20,000 nucleotides of DNA from an uncultured virus (IMG/VR IMGVR_UViG_3300028422_001054) (taxonomy: Duplodnaviria; Heunggongvirae; Uroviricota; Caudoviricetes). Made by a program: the position numbers and the translations under genes. Positions 1 through 8,001 of the stretch are shown here, in pieces (within the stretch, counting starts at the first letter, position 1; every line of letters starts with the position of its first letter). The notes under the pieces were generated by a model. The model was given only the letters and a program-made list of their open reading frames with translations. It was not told where the DNA came from and did no database searches. The stretch is from the IMG/VR virus record IMGVR_UViG_3300028422_001054; one strand, given 5' to 3'.

Positions 1-746
1 ATTGTATTTATTAAACTAGCTATGGTTCCATAACTGGCAAAAGCAGCCGAAAACGTAGGGTTTAGTGATAATCCTACAGGTAGAATACTCTCTACTGCAA
101 AAGTTAAAGTATACATTAGACAGTCTTCCCCATCGTAAACTACAGTTATAGGTTCAACACCTAAGTATTTAAGATTCGACATTTTGAGAGTAAGCCCTGT
201 AACACCTAAAAGAGGAATTGGTTTACCGAATGTTAAAATTCCTTGACGGTAGATATGAGATGAATCATCATGAGATTTGAAAACATTGTTAATAGGATCA
301 AATACCTGAAACATCCATTCATTAAAGTATCCTAAAGTTCTGAAGAAAATATCCTCTTCGATAACAACATTAACGAGCTCAGGATGATTAAAACCTATAA
401 AAGGATTTGTGCCCCATCTCGTTTTTTGAGTTTCTAAAGTCAATTGAGGAAACGATACACTTCTAACACGATATTTTAAATCAGGAAGCTCCGAATTACC
501 TGTATCCATACCAATAGCATTTAACCCGATGTTTTTAGCACTGTTGAAAAGATTATCAGCCAGATTACGAACTTCGCTATTATTACCGGAGATTAAACTT
601 TTTCTCTCAATTGTAAATTCCCAATCAGTTTCCTTTTGACGAGGAGCTGCCAAAATAGCAGCCCCATCAATAAGGTTAGAAACAGAGTTTACAGCGTTAG
701 AAATCGAAGACCCTAGGGTACTAAGGTCTTTTAAAAAATCGGACAA
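1..746 (-). CDS. Tail tube-family protein (T4 gp19/gp48/gp54-like tube or baseplate-tube initiator), 3' end runs off the window
   Basis: Not in ORF track. Manual translation from TTG at 746 is open to position 1: MSDFLKDLSTLGSS...DWEFTIE...LKYRVRSVSFPQLTLET...VNVVIEEDIFFRTLGYFNEW...YTLTFAVE. LKYRVRSVSFP parallels IKYRITNFSLP in the adjacent tube gene; starts 2 nt after that gene's TAG. Confidence 0.7.
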   Translation of the reverse strand, partial: MSDFLKDLSTLGSSISNAVNSVSNLIDGAAILAAPRQKETDWEFTIERKSLISGNNSEVRNLADNLFNSAKNIGLNAIGMDTGNSELPDLKYRVRSVSFPQLTLETQKTRWGTNPFIGFNHPELVNVVIEEDIFFRTLGYFNEWMFQVFDPINNVFKSHDDSSHIYRQGILTFGKPIPLLGVTGLTLKMSNLKYLGVEPITVVYDGEDCLMYTLTFAVESILPVGLSLNPTFSAAFASYGTIASLINT

Positions 747-748
747 AT

Positions 749-1282
749 CTAAACAGTCGCTCCAGGCTCAAGACATTTTAAGAAAGTTCCTGTAACTTGA
801 ACAGTTAAAGGCTCCCCTGAAGTCTGATCAAACGTTAAACCTGCTACATTTGTTGGATACCAGCCCTTTAATGCCCAAACACCATCAGCTATAGTATTTG
901 TATCATTCTCATCAATAGGGTTAACACTAGCATCTACTCTGAAACCATCTTTACTGTCTGGATTTCTTTTAGAATTTTCGGCCCACTCTCTTAGAGCTAA
1001 ATAAAAAGTATAATTCTTCGCTACTCGTAAAGTAAAAGAATTAGTTTTAGGGTCTCCATTTAAACCACTAGGAGTAACTACTCTCTCCCCTTTGTACCAT
1101 TTATCATAAGTATTTACGATAACTTCTGGTAAACTAAAATTAGTTATTCTATACTTTATCGAATCCGTAATACCTGTTGGAACTTTAGTCACTGCACCTA
1201 TGGTGAACGAGATCTCGAACATATTAGCCAGGGCATCATTACCTTGTTCATAAAATGTATCTATAGGATTAGTTAATAACAT
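749..1282 (-). CDS. Tail tube protein (T4 gp19-like)
   Basis: 177 aa directly after the sheath; tube-like pattern (NMFEISF, YRITNFSLP, LREW, WALKGWYPTNVAGLTFDQ, VQVTGTF). Confidence 0.8.
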   Translation of the reverse strand: MLLTNPIDTFYEQGNDALANMFEISFTIGAVTKVPTGITDSIKYRITNFSLPEVIVNTYDKWYKGERVVTPSGLNGDPKTNSFTLRVAKNYTFYLALREWAENSKRNPDSKDGFRVDASVNPIDENDTNTIADGVWALKGWYPTNVAGLTFDQTSGEPLTVQVTGTFLKCLEPGATV

Positions 1283-1285
1283 CTG

Positions 1286-3142
1286 TTACCCTCCTATATA
1301 ATCAGTTACAGATGTTAACTGATCTACGTTTATTACATTTAAACGTATTCTTTGCGAATTAGGTGTAATTTGAATTACAACATCTACTACAAACTCATTA
1401 GCATTTCTAACTAATGCAGTATTATTAGATTCATCACATACGATAAGTGCATCATCTAAACCAGAGTTAATCATAGGAGCTAATAAAGTAACACCTTGAT
1501 TATATATTTTTAATCTGTGAGTTGCATCGTTTGGTTTATTAATCTGAGGAGGAAGAATTCTAGAAACCATTTGGTCTGTAATAAGATTTCTAATTCTTCG
1601 TCTACCTACATAAGAATAATCACCATTATCCGCAGCCCTAGTTCTATCACCTTGAATCATCAATCCATACAACAAATCTTCCCCAACATAATTGATATGT
1701 GCAGAATCTAATTGTAAAGCTACTGCTGCTCTATCTGTGAATAAAGCCTCGATAACTCCGGAGCCTATCTGACCCCCATGGTTATTTTCGTCAGTAAACG
1801 AAGGCGAACCACTATCAAAAATATCTACCATCTGAGCGTATTTCACCGCTATTCTACCTGTAAGATTTCTAACAATATTTCCTGTACCATAGGTGTTTGC
1901 CATAATATGCCAAGAGTCGTAACAAGCCATATCTGGATTAGAAATACCTTTAGCAGCCGTAGCAGGATCAGCTAAAATATCTTCTGCTGACAGTTTCTCT
2001 ACAGCATAGATTCCTGACTTATTTAATTGAGCTGTTGACAATATATCAGAAATCATTCCAGGAGTAGCTGTTTCAGAAGATGGGTCAAAAAAGATATCCG
2101 CTTTGTATCGAGCTTTATTCTTAAAATAATTCCAACCTACTGCATAAGAACCACCTGCCTCGGAAGTTGCTGGTAAAGCTGCTCCTCTAGAACTTCCTGT
2201 TAAAGCTTGAGCTACTAGAGTAGGAGCTACATAAGAAGTAATATCACCAAGAGTAAATATTCTAATAAAAGGGTCTGTATCCCCTACAACATTTTGATAG
2301 TAATTAGATCTACCATAGTCATCTAAAGAATTTTCATCTAAAGAGAATAGGTATCTCTTTTTAAAAGTTGTTACCCCTGCAACAGTTTCATAAGCACTTA
2401 TAGAAATCAAACCATTACTATCTGTAATATCTAAAGATACTGGAATATTAGTTGGAGTCGATGTAACAACAACAAGAGTTCCTTCTGCTGTTAAATCTGT
2501 AGCTTTATCTAAAGATACCCCAATCTTATCTATTAAACTAAATCCTGTAGTATTTGTTAAAGTAACAACTAAAACACCGGTAGCTAACGTCAATTCTGCT
2601 GAGGTGAATAAATCCCACTGAGCAGGAGTTGATAAAACGTATGTTTCTACACCAGCATTTGATACCACATCAAATACCAATTTAGTACCATCTTTTAGAT
2701 AAACAAAAAGAGATTCTGGAGTAAGTCCAGCTAATGGCACAGAATAAGTACCTTCAAGACCAGCAACAACTTCTGTTGACTTATAGTCAGTTGCTACATC
2801 TGTTAGAATGTTTGTAGCTAAATCAGAAGGAGTTAACCCCATAGGATATGCTATAGGAGCCGCTACTTTAGGTATAGCTATAGCACCATGTCTACCATCT
2901 TTTGACGGAGCAGAAACCCATAAATTACCAACCGTATTGAAGTCATAAGCTTCAGCTACATTAGGGTAAGCTACAGAAGGTGCACCTAAATAGTTTTTTA
3001 AAGTTGCACTGTTATTTGCTCCGAAGAAAAGAGGCTTCTCGAAACCTTTTTGAGAATGAACTACTGTAGCCCCTATCTCTGTGATGGTTGTTGTTCCAGA
3101 TCCACCTACGGACCTATTGGAAGTTATAATTCGATCACTCAT
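1286..3142 (-). CDS. Contractile tail sheath protein (T4 gp18-like)
   Basis: 618 aa; C-terminal sheath signature IQGDRT...YVGRRR...IVCDESNNT...NEFVVDVVIQ...IRLNV; SD GGAG upstream; followed by tube gene. Confidence 0.9.
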   Translation of the reverse strand: MSDRIITSNRSVGGSGTTTITEIGATVVHSQKGFEKPLFFGANNSATLKNYLGAPSVAYPNVAEAYDFNTVGNLWVSAPSKDGRHGAIAIPKVAAPIAYPMGLTPSDLATNILTDVATDYKSTEVVAGLEGTYSVPLAGLTPESLFVYLKDGTKLVFDVVSNAGVETYVLSTPAQWDLFTSAELTLATGVLVVTLTNTTGFSLIDKIGVSLDKATDLTAEGTLVVVTSTPTNIPVSLDITDSNGLISISAYETVAGVTTFKKRYLFSLDENSLDDYGRSNYYQNVVGDTDPFIRIFTLGDITSYVAPTLVAQALTGSSRGAALPATSEAGGSYAVGWNYFKNKARYKADIFFDPSSETATPGMISDILSTAQLNKSGIYAVEKLSAEDILADPATAAKGISNPDMACYDSWHIMANTYGTGNIVRNLTGRIAVKYAQMVDIFDSGSPSFTDENNHGGQIGSGVIEALFTDRAAVALQLDSAHINYVGEDLLYGLMIQGDRTRAADNGDYSYVGRRRIRNLITDQMVSRILPPQINKPNDATHRLKIYNQGVTLLAPMINSGLDDALIVCDESNNTALVRNANEFVVDVVIQITPNSQRIRLNVINVDQLTSVTDYIGG

Positions 3143-3176
3143 TTATTTCTCCGTATTAAATTTTTAAATTATATTC

Positions 3177-3185
3177 TTATAGTTA
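3177..3185 (-). promoter_or_regulatory. Candidate phage late promoter TAACTATAA upstream of tail sheath
   Basis: Same 9-mer as upstream of the major capsid gene; sits in the only sizeable gap before the sheath-tube operon. Confidence 0.5.
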
Positions 3186-3186
3186 T

Positions 3187-3921
3187 TTACAAAGGTGTAA
3201 CTACGGGAGCTTCATCTTGTAAAATAATTTCGTATATATCAGATGTTTCCATATCTACAGTACTAATATTTCTTGTAGCAGCTAAACGTAATATAGCTTT
3301 TTCTGTAATACTTAACTCCATGTGTGTATCTGCATCTAGGAATAAAAATGTATCAAACTTAAAATCGAGTTGAATATTACGAATCTTATTAACCTGGAAG
3401 TAGTCATTATCGGCATAAAGATTATCAAACTGAGGATTGTATTCGAGTACAGCGATATTTGCTAATTGAAATTCAGAATCTTCTAAAGGTATAGCATACT
3501 TTAATCTTGTTTCGTAAGCATTATCTTGTAGAATTCGTCCCATACCTACAAAAGCATCTTCCATTCTTTGACCATAGAAAACATTCGCATCATATGATAC
3601 AGTAATAGGTAACGCTCTAACTTTTATACCTAATTCCGGTATAAAAACACCCCCTACAGTCATACTTTTATTATACCATGTTGGATAAGATTCTTGAGGG
3701 AGCATATTTGTTCTATAAATGTTCATGAAAGGAAGATTAAGCTCCCCATCAAACTTCTTTGCACGTTCTCGAAAACATCTTTCTGTTGACGAATAAGTAA
3801 TTCTAGAAAAGTCCCCTTTAAAAAGAAGATCTGCATAATGCTCAACTATAGCAGCATCCAAATTAAGCATCGTATTAATAATACTGAGATTTTCTGAGGT
3901 AGCACTATAGTATGTTTTCAA
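3187..3921 (-). CDS. Putative tail terminator / sheath stabilizer (gp15-like) or other neck-tail junction protein
   Basis: 244 aa, TTG start abutting upstream TAA; position just before sheath; LPFMNIYRTN and PITVSYDANVF resemble gp15-family strands. Function inferred mostly from synteny. Confidence 0.45.
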   Translation of the reverse strand: MKTYYSATSENLSIINTMLNLDAAIVEHYADLLFKGDFSRITYSSTERCFRERAKKFDGELNLPFMNIYRTNMLPQESYPTWYNKSMTVGGVFIPELGIKVRALPITVSYDANVFYGQRMEDAFVGMGRILQDNAYETRLKYAIPLEDSEFQLANIAVLEYNPQFDNLYADNDYFQVNKIRNIQLDFKFDTFLFLDADTHMELSITEKAILRLAATRNISTVDMETSDIYEIILQDEAPVVTPL

Positions 3922-5439
3922 TTAAAGAATTCCTCGTTCTACGAGATTTTCTATTATCTTATTAGATGTTATATCCTGAATACCTACAGATTCAACCGAT
4001 TTAATAACTTCCTCTAACAACCCTTTCTGTGGTTTCATAGCACCTACATAAACAAGTTCCGTAAATAGTCTTCCACCTATAATTGTTTCAGGACTTTCCA
4101 CTACTTGTTGTTCTGTAAGCTTAATGGCCTCTAAAGTAATAGCTGTTTCTTCAAGGGATTTTTTACCTGCAACATACCTTGTAACTAAGATATTCTCTGT
4201 CATCTTTAAAGCAGACTTTAACTGATTAAGAGTCATCGCATCAGCATCTCTTTTAGCATTTTTAAGCTCCATCTGATATTGAGACAAAGGGTCATCTTCT
4301 AAGCCAAATTGCTTATCAATCTCTACAGCGATATTTACCATACCTTCACCTAATTTTTCTGCTGGCTTATCTTTTTCTAAAGGTTTAATCATTCTTTGGT
4401 CTAAAGATCCACTTTGAACTACCTCAGACTCGTCAATTTCCTTTTTTTCTATTTCCATTTGAACCTCTTCAATTAGTTTTTTATCTTTTAAACTTTTATT
4501 TAACATGCTAACCATAGGTTGCATAAAAAAAGTAATATATCTTAATAGTTGTTGCGTATGCTTACATGATAAAGAATGGTCTTGTATACCTTTCCACCCC
4601 TTACCTTTTGTACCGGTAGTTAAAGGAATATTTGTAGGATAGATGGAAGCATCTAATTGTGATAAGTTGTAATTAGTTCCTTGCCAATGAAACGCTGGAC
4701 AATTACAAAACATTTGAGCATCAACTTCCGATATAAGTTCTTTTAGCTCATCTCTTGTAACAATTCCAGAATCAGATGGTCGAGTATCTAACCATTTAAA
4801 AAAATTAGGAATTCGTATATAAATTTCATACGTTTTTGAGCTATTCTTTTTAAGATCGAACTTAGCTGAAGGGTCAGTTTCCTGTTTCAAATCCTCTAAA
4901 GGAGTTGCTTCTGTTAAAAAACCCCACTCAACATAATCATCGGTTCCTACCTTCTTTACAACGCAGTCAATTAGTTTTACGCTTTTATTCCCTTCACCAA
5001 CTAAAGATCTACGTTCATCATAAAAAACTTTAGTAAAATCTGACATAGACTCCGGATGTTTTAAATCCAGGAGAGTTACTTCCATAACTTTAGATTCCCT
5101 AATAAAATCTTCTGTATACATATGACGATCACGCAAAGCTCCTGCTAAATCAATAAGCATAAACATAGAAGTGTGTATATTCCCTGAAAACTTATCTAAA
5201 TCTACGAAAGGAGATAACGGAGTAGACCGTCCACTACTGAATAGAAAGTCTCTAGGAATGGCTCTTATTACGGAAGCTGTAGAAATAGGAAATGAAGGCC
5301 TTCTACTATCTAACACTACTAAGTAAAGACTATAGTTGACATTCATCACTTTTGATAATTTGACATTTTTAATTTTTTCTATATTAAAGTACTTTCTCAG
5401 AGTTTGAGCTTGAGGAGTACCATTCATAAACTCAGCCAT
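3922..5439 (-). CDS. SWIM-type zinc-finger domain protein, possibly virion-internal
   Basis: 505 aa; CxC...CxH motif (FCNCPAFHWQG ... SCKH, 4558-4707); several hydrophobic-X-E sites (IRES, VMEV, IDES, LGEG, LTEQ, VVES) between apparent domains. Confidence 0.6.
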   Translation of the reverse strand: MAEFMNGTPQAQTLRKYFNIEKIKNVKLSKVMNVNYSLYLVVLDSRRPSFPISTASVIRAIPRDFLFSSGRSTPLSPFVDLDKFSGNIHTSMFMLIDLAGALRDRHMYTEDFIRESKVMEVTLLDLKHPESMSDFTKVFYDERRSLVGEGNKSVKLIDCVVKKVGTDDYVEWGFLTEATPLEDLKQETDPSAKFDLKKNSSKTYEIYIRIPNFFKWLDTRPSDSGIVTRDELKELISEVDAQMFCNCPAFHWQGTNYNLSQLDASIYPTNIPLTTGTKGKGWKGIQDHSLSCKHTQQLLRYITFFMQPMVSMLNKSLKDKKLIEEVQMEIEKKEIDESEVVQSGSLDQRMIKPLEKDKPAEKLGEGMVNIAVEIDKQFGLEDDPLSQYQMELKNAKRDADAMTLNQLKSALKMTENILVTRYVAGKKSLEETAITLEAIKLTEQQVVESPETIIGGRLFTELVYVGAMKPQKGLLEEVIKSVESVGIQDITSNKIIENLVERGIL

Positions 5440-5449
5440 AGTCTAATAG

Positions 5450-6109
5450 TTAAGAAAACATACTCGGACTTATTGAAAATATTTCCTCAGAAGAGTATTC
5501 TATAATCCTCAAATAGTAGGACCCATAAAATCTACAACGAGCTCTTACTACAATATCCTTGTAAAGAGTCCCTATAAAATCCTTTTTACAGGATTCTGTA
5601 AAAACAACACCAACTAAATGAGTTCCTAACAATCTGGTTGATGCATTTTTAGTTGCTCCGCAGAATAAAACTTTAACTTGTTTACCTCTGGCTCTAAGAT
5701 AGATGCTATCCCCGGACAAAGTAATCTCTAATCTGTTAGAAAAAGGCATAGCTTTCAAGGTTTCTAAAAAAGAAAACTTGTACATATCTGCTTCGTGTTG
5801 ATCTTTAGTTAAAAACAAAGTAGAAAAGGGCATAAACGTACAAACCCTAGAAATACCATAAACGTCGGAAAACAATAAAAGTTGTTGTAAATAAATCATG
5901 GAGAGTATCTCGATTAAAGTGGTTCCACATCTATTTAACCCTCCAGGGAGCTGAAGAATACTTCTTGTGTTTTTTGTGTTCCAGTAGCTTCTCAAGACAT
6001 TCACTGTAGATTCTTTTAACTTACTACTAATATCAGTACCTAAATACTCAGGAGTTAAAAACTCGTCAATACTAGGCGGTAGTTTATTAATATTCTGATA
6101 ATTATTCAT
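5450..6109 (-). CDS. Truncated, probably inactive paralog of the large terminase ATPase domain
   Basis: 219 aa; aligns by eye to TerL (8002-10098): PPSIDEFLTPEYLG vs PPTITEFMTPKYLG; RLLGTHLVGVVFTE vs KLLGLSILGGTISE; YKDIVVRARCRF vs YNDLKGRIYSRF; Walker A position reads RCGTT instead of GAGKS. SD GAGG upstream. Confidence 0.8.
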   Translation of the reverse strand: MNNYQNINKLPPSIDEFLTPEYLGTDISSKLKESTVNVLRSYWNTKNTRSILQLPGGLNRCGTTLIEILSMIYLQQLLLFSDVYGISRVCTFMPFSTLFLTKDQHEADMYKFSFLETLKAMPFSNRLEITLSGDSIYLRARGKQVKVLFCGATKNASTRLLGTHLVGVVFTESCKKDFIGTLYKDIVVRARCRFYGSYYLRIIEYSSEEIFSISPSMFS

Positions 6110-6185
6110 ATAACCTCTTATATAGATAGTACTAGATTAACTTTTCTAAAAAGTATAAGCTTATCAAAGCTAGGAGGCTAAATAG

Positions 6186-6398
6186 ATGAAAACACTTGTA
6201 TTTGCAGTATACAAACTTTTAGTAAGCATTTTATTATTGTTTGGAACATGGTTTGCAATAGGTCCATGGTTATTAAATCAACAATCTAGTTTAATGTACT
6301 TATTGGGAATAATTATCAATATCTCTGTAATCATTCCTGTCGTAAAAATCCTACAAAGTGTAGGTAAAGATATAAAGAAAATAGGAGAAGAACAATGA
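6186..6398 (+). CDS. Small membrane protein with two predicted TM helices
   Basis: 70 aa, two hydrophobic stretches; strong SD AGGAGG at 6172-6177; ATGA overlap with next gene. Confidence 0.75.
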   Translation: MKTLVFAVYKLLVSILLLFGTWFAIGPWLLNQQSSLMYLLGIIINISVIIPVVKILQSVGKDIKKIGEEQ

Positions 6399-7273
6399 AA
6401 AAATTACTAATTTTACTAGTAGTTGTGTTAAGTTTTGTTTCTTGTGCGGATAGAGTTTCGCCAGGATATGTCGGTATCAGAACATACCAAAGAGGTGATA
6501 AAGCAGGTCAATCAGAAGTCTTAGGTGTAGGAAAACATTCTTTTGTATGGGCTACATCAACAGTAGTATTTCCTACTTTTAGACAAAACTATGTTTGGAC
6601 GCAAGATCCTACAGAAGGATCCAAACGAGATGAATCTATCAAGTTTGCTATAGAAGGAATGGAGATAGGTGTAGATATAGGTATAGAGTTCTCTGTTATA
6701 CCTGATTCTGTAGCAGTTGTTTATGCTGAATACCGTAAAACTCTCGATGAATTAACAGCAGGGCCTTTAAGAAATTATATTCGAGATGCTATAACGTTTG
6801 CAACTAAAGATTACAACTCTGTTGAAGAGTTTATTACAGGAAACCTATTAACAGTTATCGTATCAGATGCAGCTAAACAAGTTAAAGATCATTTTAGAAC
6901 AAAAGGTATAGATATCTCTAAAGTATATATTATTGGAAAACCACATTACCCACCTAAAATTGTTGCTGAAATTGAAAACAAAGTTATGAAGGTGCAACAA
7001 GCTGCTGCAAAAGAAAACGAGGTTAGAGAAGCCGAGGCTCAAGCAAAAATAAATGAAGCGAAAGCTACAGGAGAGGCAAGAGCTAAAGAGATTTCCGCTG
7101 AAACTAATGCAAGAATTGTAAAACTAAATGCGGATGCTGAGGCATATGCTAATGAGAAAATTAGTAGGTCATTAACACCTTTACTTCTCGAAGATAAGAA
7201 AATAAATAAGTGGAATGGTGTAGAATCTCTCTACAATGCTGACGGTTCTGGAAACATAATATCGATTAAATAA
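6395..7273 (+). CDS. SPFH / Band 7 (prohibitin-like) protein with lipoprotein-type signal peptide
   Basis: 292 aa; MKKLLILLVVVLSFVSC signal/lipobox, RVSPGYVGI start of SPFH domain, C-terminal Ala/Glu-rich coiled coil (EAEAQAKINEAKATGEARA...AEAYAN) and KWNG tail typical of phage SPFH proteins. Confidence 0.85.
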   Translation: MKKLLILLVVVLSFVSCADRVSPGYVGIRTYQRGDKAGQSEVLGVGKHSFVWATSTVVFPTFRQNYVWTQDPTEGSKRDESIKFAIEGMEIGVDIGIEFSVIPDSVAVVYAEYRKTLDELTAGPLRNYIRDAITFATKDYNSVEEFITGNLLTVIVSDAAKQVKDHFRTKGIDISKVYIIGKPHYPPKIVAEIENKVMKVQQAAAKENEVREAEAQAKINEAKATGEARAKEISAETNARIVKLNADAEAYANEKISRSLTPLLLEDKKINKWNGVESLYNADGSGNIISIK

Positions 7274-7301
7274 ATACTACCTTAAATATTTTATTACCAA
7301 T

Positions 7302-7379
<78 letters not shown>

Positions 7380-7383
7380 ATGA

Positions 7384-8001
7384 CTATTCACCATTATACC
7401 AACTACTGGTAACAATATGTCTTTCTTCTTGTATAGGCGTTACTATAAGGTCATCTGAAGTCTCAGGGATAGGAACCTCTTCACCTTCAACAGGTAAGTC
7501 TTCTTCCCTAAATTTTTCTATTAAATAGGTCATAGCTAATTGCATCTGATTATCTCCTCTAACACCTTCTAAGGTATTTACTGGAGCTATTAAAAACCGT
7601 TGTTGCTGTACAAAAGTTTTACTCTTTACAAGACGTTTCTTTACCTGGAAGAGCTGTAGAATAAAGTTTTCTTTATCTAACCAGATCTGTCTGAATATAA
7701 AGTCATCTTCAGATAGGATATTATCGAAAGATGTGTAAGCATATTTCGGCAAAACATCATAAATATTAATGCCTTCTGACCCATGGCCATCATTTCCATA
7801 AAGCTCAGTTTCCTGACCTGGAATATCTAAATAGCATTCTACGATTTTCATAGATTGAGGAAATACTCTTTTATCCCTGTAAAGATTTAATTCCTCTGTA
7901 GTAACCAGAACTACACCCGTCTTATTCCCTACTTTCTTGATCTTAGCATTGTAAAGTTTTCTACGTGCCCCGTAATGGGCTCTGTTTAGGTTTTCTTGCA
8001 T
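7384..8001 (-). CDS. Putative head-completion / neck protein (possibly gp14-like)
   Basis: 205 aa, ATG immediately after TerL TAG; IVECYLDIPG...EGINIYD loosely resembles head-closure proteins; acidic C-terminal tail. Function call is weak. Confidence 0.4.
   Translation of the reverse strand: MQENLNRAHYGARRKLYNAKIKKVGNKTGVVLVTTEELNLYRDKRVFPQSMKIVECYLDIPGQETELYGNDGHGSEGINIYDVLPKYAYTSFDNILSEDDFIFRQIWLDKENFILQLFQVKKRLVKSKTFVQQQRFLIAPVNTLEGVRGDNQMQLAMTYLIEKFREEDLPVEGEEVPIPETSDDLIVTPIQEERHIVTSSWYNGE

Noticed and set aside
1517..3373. Plus-strand ORFs 1517-1711, 1778-1975 and 3050-3373
   Set aside because: Antisense to well-supported sheath and adjacent genes, no SD noticed, no recognisable protein features; shadow ORFs.
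5450..6109. Calling the terminase paralog a pseudogene
   Set aside because: Frame is uninterrupted despite deep divergence, conserved positions cluster in structural motifs, and it retains SD and upstream motif; decay cannot be excluded without dN/dS.
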